Counted from the stretch's first letter, positions 37,242 through 46,923 are shown. The stretch is DNA of 62,758 nt from an uncultured Gammaproteobacteria bacterium (GCA_964544105.1 CAZIZQ010000001.1:1-62758), one strand, 5' to 3'. The notes: generated by a model from the sequence alone, not told the origin. Program-made: numbers and translations.

Positions 37242-37988
37242 ATGAAATTAAAAGTTATTAAAAAGAAACATTCTGGAAGAGATGCAACTGGACAAGTGTC
37301 AATTAGACATCAAGGCGGGCAGCATAAGCGGTTTCTTCGTATTATTGATTTTAAACGTGACAAGCACGGGATTTCTGGAAAAGTGGTTGCTTTTGAGTAC
37401 GATCCTAATCGAACATGCGACGTGGCACTTATCCAGTATAAAGACGGAGAAAAACGTTATATACTAAAGCCGGAAGGATTAGCCATAAGCGATGTGGTTG
37501 TTTCTGGGAGAGACGTAGAAACAAAAATTGGCAATGCCTTGCCTATGGATGTATTGCCAATTGGTACAGTTATTCATAATATAGAGCTTCGTCCCGGAAA
37601 AGGTGCACAGATGGCGCGATCTGCCGGAACGGCGGCAGTTATTCAGGCTAGAGAAGGGGAATTTGTCCATCTAAAACTTCCATCTGGAGAGGTACGAAAG
37701 GTAAGAAGTTTGGGATTTGCCACCATTGGACAGCTTGGTAACATTGAATGGAAAAACGAAGTATTAGGAAAAGCAGGTCGGGCCAGGCACGTGGGAAGAC
37801 GGCCAACAGTTAGGGGAGTTGCTCAAAATCCACGGTCTCATCCACACGGTGGAGGAGAAGGAAGATCTGGAATTGGCATGGCAACACCAAAGACATATGC
37901 AGGTCGAGCTGCAGTTGGGAAAACCCGAGATAGAAATAAATATTCTAATAAACATATTTTGCAAAGGAGGAAAACAAAACATGGGTAG
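37242..37988 (+). CDS. rplB: 50S ribosomal protein L2 (short, 248 aa)
   Basis: [18 protein letters not shown] block. Confidence 0.96.
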   Translation: MKLKVIKKKHSGRDATGQVSIRHQGGQHKRFLRIIDFKRDKHGISGKVVAFEYDPNRTCDVALIQYKDGEKRYILKPEGLAISDVVVSGRDVETKIGNALPMDVLPIGTVIHNIELRPGKGAQMARSAGTAAVIQAREGEFVHLKLPSGEVRKVRSLGFATIGQLGNIEWKNEVLGKAGRARHVGRRPTVRGVAQNPRSHPHGGGEGRSGIGMATPKTYAGRAAVGKTRDRNKYSNKHILQRRKTKHG

Positions 37989-38265
37989 ATCAAGTAAAAA
38001 AGGACCGTATATTGATACTAGAGTCCTAAAAAAAGTCATAAAACAAAAAGAAACAGGAGAAAGAGGACAAATAAAAACATGGTCACGAGCTTGTCAAATT
38101 CCACCAGAATTTGTAGGACACACCTTTGGTGTGTATAATGGCAAGATGTTTGTAAACGTCTATGTTGTAGAAGGTATGGTTGGGCACAGGCTTGGTGAGT
38201 TTTCGCCAACTAGGACATTCCGATCTCATGGAAGAGTTGTTGCAAGAGAAATAAGTAAGACTTAA
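37981..38265 (+). CDS. rpsS: 30S ribosomal protein S19
   Basis: Starts [12 protein letters not shown] and overlaps the rplB end by 8 nt. The ORF-track start at 37819 was rejected. Confidence 0.95.
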   Translation: MGRSSKKGPYIDTRVLKKVIKQKETGERGQIKTWSRACQIPPEFVGHTFGVYNGKMFVNVYVVEGMVGHRLGEFSPTRTFRSHGRVVAREISKT

Positions 38266-38277
38266 TGGTGAAATAAT

Positions 38278-38625
38278 ATGGAAGTAAAAGCAGAAAGTAA
38301 AAATGTTCGAATGAGTCCAAGAAAGATTAGTCTGATTGCTGATGCATTGCGTAATAAGACTGTCGCTCAAGCTTATGCGATGTTGGCAGTTGTCCGCCAG
38401 CGTGCGGGAGGGGTACTTGAAAAGACACTCAAAAGTGCTATTGCAAATGCAGTACACAATGCAAAATTAAAGGAAGAAACATTGGTAATTAAAACAATCG
38501 AAGTCACACAAGCACAGGCATTAAAGAGGTTTCACCCATCAACAAGAGGACGGGTTCATCCATATAAAAGACGAGGAAGCCATATCAGAATTGTATTAGA
38601 GGAGGCACATGGGACAAAAAGTTAA
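38278..38625 (+). CDS. rplV: 50S ribosomal protein L22
   Basis: 115 aa with L22 pattern (RMSPRKISLIADALR). Confidence 0.95.
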   Translation: MEVKAESKNVRMSPRKISLIADALRNKTVAQAYAMLAVVRQRAGGVLEKTLKSAIANAVHNAKLKEETLVIKTIEVTQAQALKRFHPSTRGRVHPYKRRGSHIRIVLEEAHGTKS

Positions 38626-39256
38626 TCCACATGCATTAAGAATTGGTCCGGTATATGACTGGGTAAGCCATTGGTTTGACCAGAAGCGATATAAAGATGT
38701 GTTGCTGGAGGATTACATAATTAGAAAGAAGCTTTTAGATAGGTTAAAACCAGCAGGTGTAGCCAGGGTAGAAATAGATCGATCCATCAATAGTGTGAAG
38801 ATTACGGCATTTGTGGCAAAGCCAGGTATGGTTATTGGTCGGGCAGGGACTGGACTTGAAGAATTAAAAAAGTTTTTAACAGTAACCATACGATCTTTTG
38901 CTAAAAGCAAAAAAACTGCGCCAAAGTTTGATATTCGTATCGAACCAGTAAAAGAGCCAAATCTTGATGCATTCTTAGTTGCTAATACCGTTGCCGATCA
39001 GCTGGCAAAAAGGCTTTCATATAAACGCGTGCTTTTGCAGACAGCAGAAAAAGTAATGGGGGCAGGCGCAAAGGGAGTAAGAATACTTTTGTCTGGAAGA
39101 ATCAATGGTGCAGAAATTAGCAGACGCGAGAAGGTGCAACGTGGCACAGTACCATTATCGTCAATTAGGGAGCATATCTATTTTGCTAGCGTCCCGTCGT
39201 TAACCAAAAAAGGATATATCGGAGTAAAAGTGTGGATCAACAAACCAGAAAAATAA
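38609..39256 (+). CDS. rpsC: 30S ribosomal protein S3
   Basis: MGQKVNPHALRIG KH-domain N-terminus; 215 aa. Confidence 0.96.
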   Translation: MGQKVNPHALRIGPVYDWVSHWFDQKRYKDVLLEDYIIRKKLLDRLKPAGVARVEIDRSINSVKITAFVAKPGMVIGRAGTGLEELKKFLTVTIRSFAKSKKTAPKFDIRIEPVKEPNLDAFLVANTVADQLAKRLSYKRVLLQTAEKVMGAGAKGVRILLSGRINGAEISRREKVQRGTVPLSSIREHIYFASVPSLTKKGYIGVKVWINKPEK

Positions 39257-39356
39257 CTCAAAACTCAAATGTCAAAACTCAAAATTACAACTCAAAACGT
39301 AAAACTTTTAAGCTTTAAGCTTTAGATTTGAGCTTTGCGTTTTGCACTTTGAGATT
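39255..39356. repeat. Heptamer-built palindromic element, copy E4 (inside the S10 operon)
   Basis: Starts within the rpsC stop codon. Positions 39255-39284 are the exact reverse complement of 27634-27663. The right arm runs into the rplP start region. Confidence 0.85.
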
Positions 39357-39767
39357 ATTACTATAGTACCAAAACGAGCAAAATATAGAAAAACTTTTAG
39401 AGGAAGAATGAGAGGCAATGCCCATGCCGGCACCGAAGTATCTTTTGGTGAATTTGGCCTAGAATCAACCGAGCGGGGCTGGGTATCGTCCCGACAAATA
39501 GAAGCAGCTCGACGGGCAATTACCCATTATACTGCGCGTGGAGGTCGTGTATGGATTCGTATTTTTCCAGACAAGCCAATTACCAAAAAAGCAGCAGAAA
39601 CCAGGATGGGAAGTGGTAAGGGCGATGTTTTTGAATATGTTGCGGTGATAAAACCAGGAAGAGTGCTTTTCGAAATGGCAGGAGTAACAAAAGATATTGC
39701 GCGTTCTGCGCTAAGACTGGCATCACATAAGTTATCGGTAAAGTCACGAATTGTGGAGAAAACATAA
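39342..39767 (+). CDS. rplP: 50S ribosomal protein L16 (start codon uncertain)
   Basis: [17 protein letters not shown]16 N-terminal block. There is no ATG or GTG upstream. Candidate starts are TTG 39342 (inside repeat E4) and ATT 39354 or 39357. Confidence 0.9.
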   Translation: MHFEIITIVPKRAKYRKTFRGRMRGNAHAGTEVSFGEFGLESTERGWVSSRQIEAARRAITHYTARGGRVWIRIFPDKPITKKAAETRMGSGKGDVFEYVAVIKPGRVLFEMAGVTKDIARSALRLASHKLSVKSRIVEKT

Positions 39768-39772
39768 ATCTT

Positions 39773-39985
39773 ATGAAAACTAAAGAAAAAAAAGCATTAC
39801 GGGAAAAAACAATTGCAGAATTGCATCTGGCTCTTGTTGAAATGCAGGATTCACGTAGAACTGATTATCTTGAAGCGCAAAGAGGAAAGTTAAAAAATAC
39901 AAGTTCCCTTTTACATAAAAAGAAAGATATTGCTAGAATAAGCACCATTTTACGAGAAAAGGAGTTATTGCATGAAAACGCTTAA
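39773..39985 (+). CDS. rpmC: 50S ribosomal protein L29
   Basis: 70 aa, helical, in the conserved operon position. Confidence 0.92.
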   Translation: MKTKEKKALREKTIAELHLALVEMQDSRRTDYLEAQRGKLKNTSSLLHKKKDIARISTILREKELLHENA

Positions 39986-40202
39986 AGGTATAGTTGTATC
40001 AACAAAAATGACAGGAACAGTAATTGTATCGGTTATGCAGACGGTAAAACACCCTTTGTATAAAAAAGAATTGAAAAGGCATAAAAAATATAAAGCTGAC
40101 ACAAAGGGTTTTACTACTTCTGTTGGCGATACTGTTATTATTGCCGAGACAAAGCCAATGGCAAAAGAGAAAAATTTTAAAATTTTGGAGGTAGTTAAAT
40201 AA
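39972..40202 (+). CDS. rpsQ: 30S ribosomal protein S17
   Basis: [16 protein letters not shown] ... YKKHKKY pattern. Confidence 0.94.
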   Translation: MKTLKGIVVSTKMTGTVIVSVMQTVKHPLYKKELKRHKKYKADTKGFTTSVGDTVIIAETKPMAKEKNFKILEVVK

Positions 40203-40203
40203 A

Positions 40204-40578
40204 ATGGTACAGTTACGAACAATTCTTAGGGCAGCAGATAATTCCGGAGCCAAAGAGCTTTCCGTTATTCACATTTTTGGCGGATCTAGACGAAAATTCG
40301 GCCATTTGGGAGATGTACTTAATTGTGTCGTAAAAGAGGCAACGCCAACAGGTCAGGTAAAGGATGGAGAAATAGTAAAAGTCGTTTTAGTACGGACCAG
40401 AAAAGAATGTAAGCGCGCAGATGGGTCATACATTCGTTTTTCTGACAATGCGGGTGTTGTTATAGACAATCAAAAGGATAAAAATCCAAGAGGAACCCGT
40501 ATTTTTGGTCCAATTGCAAGAGAAGTTAAAAATAACGGGTTTAATAAAATAGCCAGTATGGCAATAGAGGTGGTATAA
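40204..40578 (+). CDS. rplN: 50S ribosomal protein L14
   Basis: [19 protein letters not shown]-terminus. Confidence 0.96.
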   Translation: MVQLRTILRAADNSGAKELSVIHIFGGSRRKFGHLGDVLNCVVKEATPTGQVKDGEIVKVVLVRTRKECKRADGSYIRFSDNAGVVIDNQKDKNPRGTRIFGPIAREVKNNGFNKIASMAIEVV

Positions 40579-40582
40579 AATT

Positions 40583-40888
40583 ATGAAACTAAAAAAAGGA
40601 GACGAGGTAAAAGTTGTTGCCGGAAAAGATAAGGGGAAAACAGGTAAGGTAGAGAAAGTGTTGCCAGATGCTCAAAAAGTTTTAGTAACAGGAGTCAATC
40701 AGTATAAACGGCATATGAAGGGGAAAGGACAGGGGCAAAAATCGGAAATAATAACCATTACCAAGCCCTTGCCGGTAGCAAATGTTATGTTTGTTTGTCC
40801 AAAGTGTCATATTGTGGCCCGAGTTGGGTATACAGTTTCCGGTGATAAAAAAGAAAGAATATGCAAAAAATGCCAACAAGCAATATGA
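40583..40888 (+). CDS. rplX: 50S ribosomal protein L24 (with CxxC...CxxC ribbon)
   Basis: KOW motif KKGDEVKVVAGKDKGKTGKV plus CPKC ... CKKC. Confidence 0.94.
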   Translation: MKLKKGDEVKVVAGKDKGKTGKVEKVLPDAQKVLVTGVNQYKRHMKGKGQGQKSEIITITKPLPVANVMFVCPKCHIVARVGYTVSGDKKERICKKCQQAI

Positions 40889-41370
40889 GTGATATAAAAA
40901 ACATTATGGCAGTGCCAAAGCTGGTAAAGATTGTTGTTAATATGAGTGTAAAAGATGCAATTGCAGACAAGAAAAATATGGAGCGCGCGCAAGCTATTTT
41001 TACCCAAATTACCGGTCAGAAACCAAAAGTGACAAAGGCAAAACAATCTATAGCAACTTTTAAGCTCCGAGAAGGAGAGCCAATTGGTGTTGTAGCCACA
41101 TTACGGGGAAAAAGAATGCATGATTTTTTTGTAAAACTTACCCGTATTGTTTTACCGCGACTTCGAGACTTTAGAGGAGTCGGGAGAAGCCAGTTTGATA
41201 GTCGGGGAAATTACACATTAGGATTTTCCGAACATACTGTTTTTCCAGAAATCGATCCGGGAAAAGTTGAAAAAGTTTTTGGTCTGGAAGTTGTTATTGT
41301 TACAACAGCCAAAGATACAAAAGCAGGATTGGCGTTACTTGAGGCATTAGGCATGCCTTTTAAAAAATAA
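40885..41370 (+). CDS. rplE: 50S ribosomal protein L5 (N-terminally short)
   Basis: The ATG overlaps the rplX TGA in an ATGA. The protein starts MSDIKNIMAVPKLVKIVVNM, lacking the ~20 aa that usually precede this block. Confidence 0.92.
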   Translation: MSDIKNIMAVPKLVKIVVNMSVKDAIADKKNMERAQAIFTQITGQKPKVTKAKQSIATFKLREGEPIGVVATLRGKRMHDFFVKLTRIVLPRLRDFRGVGRSQFDSRGNYTLGFSEHTVFPEIDPGKVEKVFGLEVVIVTTAKDTKAGLALLEALGMPFKK

Positions 41371-41373
41371 TAT

Positions 41374-41559
41374 ATGGCAAAAAAATCAAACGTTGTAAAA
41401 TTTTCTAGAAAACAAAAATTTGCAGTTAGAAACAAAAATCTGTGTAACTTATGTGGTAGATCAAGTGCATATATGCGCAGGTTTGGATTATGCCGTTTAT
41501 GTTTTAGAGAATTAGCAATGAAAGGAGAGTTGCCTGGAGTAACAAAGGCAAGTTGGTAA
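41374..41559 (+). CDS. rpsN: 30S ribosomal protein S14, zinc-binding type Z
   Basis: 61 aa with CNLCGR ... CRLCFRE. Confidence 0.95.
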   Translation: MAKKSNVVKFSRKQKFAVRNKNLCNLCGRSSAYMRRFGLCRLCFRELAMKGELPGVTKASW

Positions 41560-41563
41560 ATAT

Positions 41564-41953
41564 ATGTATAAATTAGGAGATTTTATTATTAGGTTAAAAA
41601 ATGCATCTTTGGCACGCAGACGCACTGTGGTGTTTCCTTATTCGAAAATAAATAAATCTATTTCTGACATTTTGGTTAAAGAAGGCTTTTTGAAAAGTAT
41701 CGAAGAAGTAGAAGAAAGTGGTAAAAAAACACTCGTTGGCGAGATTCAGTACCAACATAGAAAACCAGTTTTTGTTGATGTGGCATTAGTATCCAAGCCA
41801 TCACTTCGTATTTACACCAAAGTAAATAGTGTGGCACAAAGAAAACGAAAGGGTTTTCGTATAGAAATTATCTCAACAAGTCAAGGCGTTATGACAAGTC
41901 ATAAAGCACAAAAAATGGGTATTGGTGGAGAATTACTTTTTCAAATTTGGTAA
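41564..41953 (+). CDS. rpsH: 30S ribosomal protein S8
   Basis: 129 aa with an S8 pattern, in the conserved operon position. Confidence 0.95.
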   Translation: MYKLGDFIIRLKNASLARRRTVVFPYSKINKSISDILVKEGFLKSIEEVEESGKKTLVGEIQYQHRKPVFVDVALVSKPSLRIYTKVNSVAQRKRKGFRIEIISTSQGVMTSHKAQKMGIGGELLFQIW

Positions 41954-41957
41954 ATAT

Positions 41958-42509
41958 ATGTCGAAAATTGGAAAAAAACCAGTATCGCTAAAAACAGGAG
42001 TAACAGCAGAAGTAAAAAATGGTTCTGTTGTGATTAAGGGTGAAAAAGGAGAATTGTCTTATCCAATACCCGATGTTATTTCTGTAGAAGTTTCAGATAA
42101 TAACCTTGTTGTTTCGCAAAAAAAAGGTTTTGAAGAAACATCAAAAGCCATGTTTGGTCTTATACGGGCATTACTGGCAAATATGGTAAAAGGTGTATCT
42201 GAGGGTTTTCAAAAAAAACTTGAGATGACCGGTGTAGGATATAGAGCAAGTATGACTGGAAATGATTTGTCTATTTCTGTTGGTTTTTCTCATCCTGTAA
42301 AGATTGTGGCGCCTGAAGGCATTCAGTTTGCAGTTGTTGAAAATACTATTGTTGTTTCAGGGATGGATAAGGCTAAAGTTGGTAATACAGCTGCGTCAAT
42401 TAGGGCAATAAAACCGCCAGAACCATATAAGGGTAAAGGTATCAAGTATGCTGGGGAGCGTATTCGAAGAAAAGCCGGAAAAGCAGCAAAAGCTGTAGGG
42501 ACAAAATAA
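41958..42509 (+). CDS. rplF: 50S ribosomal protein L6
   Basis: Starts MSKIGKKPVSL and contains PEPYKGKGIKY. Confidence 0.95.
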   Translation: MSKIGKKPVSLKTGVTAEVKNGSVVIKGEKGELSYPIPDVISVEVSDNNLVVSQKKGFEETSKAMFGLIRALLANMVKGVSEGFQKKLEMTGVGYRASMTGNDLSISVGFSHPVKIVAPEGIQFAVVENTIVVSGMDKAKVGNTAASIRAIKPPEPYKGKGIKYAGERIRRKAGKAAKAVGTK

Positions 42510-42510
42510 T

Positions 42511-42858
42511 ATGAATACTAATAAACAAAAATTAAGAAGAAAAGTAAGAACACGAGGTAAAATTATTGGTACCAAAGAAAGACCAAGACTTTCCGTGTTT
42601 AGGTCTAGTAGATTTATCTATGGACAGATTATTGATGATAAGAATAGGGTGACAGTACTTGGTGTTTCCGAAAAACTGCTCGGCGATAAAAAAGAGGCAG
42701 GAAAGGCAAATCGGGCAAAGCAATTAGGCTTGGTCTTAGCCAAGCTTGCCAGTAAAAATAAAATTAAATCAGTAGTTTTTGATAAAGGCAATTATAAATA
42801 TCATGGACGTGTCAAAGCATTTGCAGAAGGTGCACGGGAAGGAGGACTAATTTTTTAA
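42511..42858 (+). CDS. rplR: 50S ribosomal protein L18
   Basis: RPRLSVFRSSRFIYGQIIDD and YHGRVKAFAEGAREGGL blocks. Confidence 0.95.
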   Translation: MNTNKQKLRRKVRTRGKIIGTKERPRLSVFRSSRFIYGQIIDDKNRVTVLGVSEKLLGDKKEAGKANRAKQLGLVLAKLASKNKIKSVVFDKGNYKYHGRVKAFAEGAREGGLIF

Positions 42859-43325
42859 TGGAAAGAGAATTTAAAGAACATATTGTACAAATTAACCGAG
42901 TGTCAAAAAAGACAAAAGGAGGAAATAAAATTGGTTTTTCTGTTTTAGTTGTCGTGGGTGATAAAAAAGGTAGAGTTGGCGTGGGTCTTGGGAAAGCCGC
43001 AGATGTTGCTTCTTCAATTAGAAAAGGTATTGAAGTTGCAAAAAAACGTTTGTTAACAGTCCCAATTATCAACGATACTATTCCCTTGCCAATTTATGTT
43101 AAAGTTGGCGCAGCAAAAATAATGTTAAAGCCAGCGCCAAAGGGTAGTGGAGTTATTGCCGGTGGAGCTGTACGAAGTGTTGTTGAAGCAGCAGGAATTC
43201 GTAATATCTCATCAAAAGTTTTGGGGACAAAAAATCAAGCATCAAATGTGCATGCAGCGCTTGTGGCGCTAGCAGAGATTGCTATTAGATATGAAAGGAG
43301 AGAACATGAAAAACTTTCTAAGTAG
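42858..43325 (+). CDS. rpsE: 30S ribosomal protein S5
   Basis: VQINRVSKKTKGGNKIGFSVLVVVGD block. Confidence 0.96.
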   Translation: MEREFKEHIVQINRVSKKTKGGNKIGFSVLVVVGDKKGRVGVGLGKAADVASSIRKGIEVAKKRLLTVPIINDTIPLPIYVKVGAAKIMLKPAPKGSGVIAGGAVRSVVEAAGIRNISSKVLGTKNQASNVHAALVALAEIAIRYERREHEKLSK

Positions 43326-43749
43326 TCTTCCAAAAATTGTTGCCAAAAAGAAAAGGCGGCTTGGACAAGGGCATGGATCCGGTCGGGTAAAGACGGCGGG
43401 GAGAGGAACAAAAGGACAAAATGCCCGCAACAGTGTCCCGATATTTTTTGAAGGTGGCGCTGTAACACTTCTAAAACGTTTACCGTTTAGACGTGGTAAA
43501 GGCAGAAATAACGTCTTTAAGAAAAAACCAATTGCAGTAAATGTTTCGGCATTAAATTTATTCCAAAAAGGAGAAATAGTTACTATTGAGACATTGGTGG
43601 AAAAGCATATTGTCGACGCAAAACAAGCAAAAATTTACGGTGTAAAGATTTTAGGTGATGGAGTGTTATCGGTTTCATTAACAGTTTCTTTGCCTGTTTC
43701 AAAAGGAGCTAAGGCAAAGATCGAAGCAGCAGGCGGACAAGTAGTATGA
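43306..43749 (+). CDS. rplO: 50S ribosomal protein L15
   Basis: RRLGQGHGSGRVKTAGRGTKGQ block with GGAG upstream. It overlaps the rpsE end, so no rpmD lies between them. Confidence 0.94.
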   Translation: MKNFLSSLPKIVAKKKRRLGQGHGSGRVKTAGRGTKGQNARNSVPIFFEGGAVTLLKRLPFRRGKGRNNVFKKKPIAVNVSALNLFQKGEIVTIETLVEKHIVDAKQAKIYGVKILGDGVLSVSLTVSLPVSKGAKAKIEAAGGQVV

Positions 43750-45029
43750 AGGGAATCCTAGGGATTTTTCAAAATTCACTCAAGACCAAGGATGTACGCA
43801 ACAAAATTCTTTTTACTGCCGCCATCTTTGTAGTTTTTCGTATTTTCGCCCATATTCCTGTTTCAGGTGTTAATCTTGCCAGCCTCAAAGCACTTTTTTC
43901 CCAAAGTCAATTTCTTGGATTACTCGATATTTTTTCCGGAGGGACATTGGCAAATTTTTCGGTGATGGCTTTGGGGTTAAATCCATATATTAATGCTTCA
44001 ATTATTTTACAGCTTGGTACATTTGTTTTTCCAAAGTTGGAAGAGTTATCAAAAGAGGGAGAGTCAGGTAGACAAAAAATTAATCAGTATACCCGGTTTT
44101 TAACTGTCCCTCTTGCCCTTGCTCAGGGGTTTGGTACCTATGCCTTGCTGCGTAGTCAGGGCATTATTGCCTTGCTTTCTCCAATAGAATTAGTAGGATT
44201 TGTTGCCACAATGACAGCGGGAACAATGCTCTTGGTTTGGTTTGGCGAGCTTATCACGGAAAAAGGTATTGGTAATGGGATATCTGTGCTTATTTTTGGC
44301 GGAATTGTTGGGCAAATGCCTATTGCCTTGCAGCAGACAATTCAGACAACAACTAGTGAAAATATAGTAACTATACTTTCGTTTTTAGTAATGGGTATTG
44401 CTGTGGTGGCAGGAATTGTCTTTATGAACGAAGCGGTGCGTCAAATAACAGTGTATTACGCTAAGCGCACCCGGGGCAATAAAGTATATGGCGGTCAAAC
44501 CACACATTTACCATTGCGGCTTAATCAGGCGGGTGTTATTCCTATTATTTTTGCTGTTTCACTTGTTCTTTTACCTTCTTTAGTAGCCAACTATTTGTTG
44601 TCTTCAAAAAATCCTAGTCTTCAAGGTATTGCTACAACCATGTCTGCTCTTTTTAATCCCACAGGGTCCTTTTATAACGGGTTGTATTTTTTTCTGATTG
44701 TTGGGTTTACTTTTTTTTACACAGCAGTTATTTTTAACCCTAAAAAAATTGCAGGAGAGATTCAAAAACACGGCGGTTTTATTCCCGGTATCCGTCCCGG
44801 CACCCCAACAGCACAGTATTTAAACCATATTTTAACCAGAATAACGTTAGCCGGAGCTGTGTTTTTGGGCTGTATTGCAATATTGCCAACTATTGCCCAG
44901 ACCATATCTGGAGTAGGTACATTTCTTCTAGGAGGGACAGGTATTTTAATTGTGGTGTCGGTTGTTTTAGAAACTGTTAGGTCGATTGAAGCACAATTAG
45001 TTATGCGTAATTACGATCGGTTTACCTAA
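43746..45029 (+). CDS. secY: Preprotein translocase subunit SecY
   Basis: 427 aa with ~10 TM helices and a SecY pattern. Confidence 0.96.
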   Translation: MKGILGIFQNSLKTKDVRNKILFTAAIFVVFRIFAHIPVSGVNLASLKALFSQSQFLGLLDIFSGGTLANFSVMALGLNPYINASIILQLGTFVFPKLEELSKEGESGRQKINQYTRFLTVPLALAQGFGTYALLRSQGIIALLSPIELVGFVATMTAGTMLLVWFGELITEKGIGNGISVLIFGGIVGQMPIALQQTIQTTTSENIVTILSFLVMGIAVVAGIVFMNEAVRQITVYYAKRTRGNKVYGGQTTHLPLRLNQAGVIPIIFAVSLVLLPSLVANYLLSSKNPSLQGIATTMSALFNPTGSFYNGLYFFLIVGFTFFYTAVIFNPKKIAGEIQKHGGFIPGIRPGTPTAQYLNHILTRITLAGAVFLGCIAILPTIAQTISGVGTFLLGGTGILIVVSVVLETVRSIEAQLVMRNYDRFT

Positions 45030-45037
45030 AAAGTCTT

Positions 45038-45577
45038 ATGAAGATTGTACTTATTGGTATTCAAGGTTCGGGAAAATCAACGCAGGGAAATTTGCTTTCT
45101 CAAAAATTTGGCATCCCATTTTTGTCTTCTGGGGATATTTTTAGAACACTGGCAAAAGAAGATGCAGATTTAGGAAAATATATAAAAGAGGTGATGAATT
45201 CAGGTCTTTTAATTCCAGATGATAAAACAATTGATATTATAACCGAGTATTTAAACCGCCCCGAATATAAAAATGGTTATATTCTGGACGGATTCCCTAG
45301 AACCATCACTCAAGCGGAGCAATTTAAAAATGGCGTTGGATTTGCAATTTATTTAAAAGTTTCCGATCAAGAAGCGTTACGCAGAATTAGCTTAAGAAAG
45401 TCAGCTAGACAAGATGAGACAGCAGAGGCAATTAAAAAAAGAATCGAACTTTTTCATACCCATACAGAACCGTTGTTAGATTTTTATAGAAAAGATAAAA
45501 AACTAATCGAAATAGATGGGGAACAAGACATTAAAGCAATTCATCTGCAGATTCTTAAGGGATTTAAAGTAGCATGA
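45038..45577 (+). CDS. adk: Adenylate kinase (short-lid type)
   Basis: GIQGSGKSTQG P-loop and ILDGFPRT block. Confidence 0.9.
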   Translation: MKIVLIGIQGSGKSTQGNLLSQKFGIPFLSSGDIFRTLAKEDADLGKYIKEVMNSGLLIPDDKTIDIITEYLNRPEYKNGYILDGFPRTITQAEQFKNGVGFAIYLKVSDQEALRRISLRKSARQDETAEAIKKRIELFHTHTEPLLDFYRKDKKLIEIDGEQDIKAIHLQILKGFKVA

Positions 45578-46137
45578 GCCAAAAACAGATTATTGCTCTA
45601 GTTGGTATGCCAGGGTCTGGAAAAACCGCAGGGGTAAGTTATATCCAAAAAAAAGGTCTTCCGGTGCTGCGGTTTGGGGATTTAACAGAGAAGAAATTAC
45701 AAGAGCAGCATCTTGCGATTACTCCAGAAAATGAGAAGAAAGTCAGAGAAGCCTTACGAGCGGAATTTGGCATGGCTGTCTATGCCGAAAAATCAAAAGC
45801 AAAAATTGATAAGCTTTTTGCGTCACATGAGACTGTTGTAATTGATGGATTATATTCGTGGGAAGAATACTTATTTTTAAAAAAATCTTTCCCCAAATTA
45901 ATACTCATTTATATTTTTGCCCGACCAAGCGTTCGATATCAAAGGCTTGCCAAAAGAAAGATTAGACCCCTCATTGAAGAACAGGCAAAGTTGCGAGATG
46001 TTTTGGAAATAGAAAAGCTCAATAAAAGCGGCCCAATTGCCATGGCGGACTTTGTTATAGATAATTCCGAAAGAAGCAAAGAAGCATTGCACAAGCAGAT
46101 AGATGAGGTTCTTAAAAAACTCAAAGCAGAAAAATGA
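45574..46137 (+). CDS. Second P-loop nucleotide kinase-family protein (CoaE/UPF0200-like)
   Basis: GMPGSGKT Walker A, 187 aa. Its reading frame overlaps adk upstream and map downstream by 4 nt each. Confidence 0.5.
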   Translation: MSQKQIIALVGMPGSGKTAGVSYIQKKGLPVLRFGDLTEKKLQEQHLAITPENEKKVREALRAEFGMAVYAEKSKAKIDKLFASHETVVIDGLYSWEEYLFLKKSFPKLILIYIFARPSVRYQRLAKRKIRPLIEEQAKLRDVLEIEKLNKSGPIAMADFVIDNSERSKEALHKQIDEVLKKLKAEK

Positions 46138-46901
46138 TACAGAGAAAAACAGAAAAAGAAATTGCCATTATGGCAACAGGCGGCAGGATTTTGGCAGATG
46201 TTTTGTTTGAGGTTCTAAAACATGCAAAACCAGGGGTATCGGAATTGGAGCTGGATGCGTTAGCCGAAAAATTAATTAGAGAGAGAGGCGGAGAGCCTGG
46301 GTTTAAAAAAGTTCCGGGTTACAAACACACCATTTGTGTTTCTACAAATAGTGTTGTGGTGCATGGTATACCAACAGCCTATAAATTGCGTGAAGGAGAT
46401 GTGTTGGGAATTGACTGTGGCGTTTACTATGAAGGTTTTCATACCGATGCCGCACATACCGTGCGAATTCAAAACTCAAAACTCAAAACTCAAAACGATA
46501 AGATAGATAAATTTTTAGAAACGGGTAAGCATGCGCTGAAAGAGGCGATTAAACAAGTAAAACCCGGGAATAGAATCGGGCATATTTCAAAAACCATTCA
46601 AGATATTGTGGAGAAAGCGGGGTACTCGGTTGTTAGAAGTCTTATTGGTCATGGTGTTGGGCGTGAGCTTCATGAAGAGCCCGAGGTACCAGGCTTTCTC
46701 AACAGAAAAATTGAAAAAACCCCTCTCCTTGTTGAGGGTATGACAATTGCAGTTGAGGTTATTTATAACATGGGCAGGAAGGATGTTGTTTTGAATAAAG
46801 ACGATAACTGGACAATTTCTACCGCCGATGGCAGCATCTCCGGCCTTTTCGAGAGAACAGTTTGCATAACAAAAAGCGGTAATCAAATACTCACAATATA
46901 G
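46134..46901 (+). CDS. map: Type I methionine aminopeptidase
   Basis: Metal-ligand blocks (GIDCGV, GFHTDAAHT, GHGVGRELHEEP, AVEVIY..). Contains an in-frame heptamer array. Confidence 0.93.
   Translation: MIQRKTEKEIAIMATGGRILADVLFEVLKHAKPGVSELELDALAEKLIRERGGEPGFKKVPGYKHTICVSTNSVVVHGIPTAYKLREGDVLGIDCGVYYEGFHTDAAHTVRIQNSKLKTQNDKIDKFLETGKHALKEAIKQVKPGNRIGHISKTIQDIVEKAGYSVVRSLIGHGVGRELHEEPEVPGFLNRKIEKTPLLVEGMTIAVEVIYNMGRKDVVLNKDDNWTISTADGSISGLFERTVCITKSGNQILTI
46470..46497. repeat. (CAAAACT)x3 + CAAAACG tandem heptamers inside map
   Basis: Read directly from the sequence. It is translated as QNSKLKTQN. Confidence 0.95.
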
Positions 46902-46923
46902 TCTTGCTCTTTATAGGCTAGTT

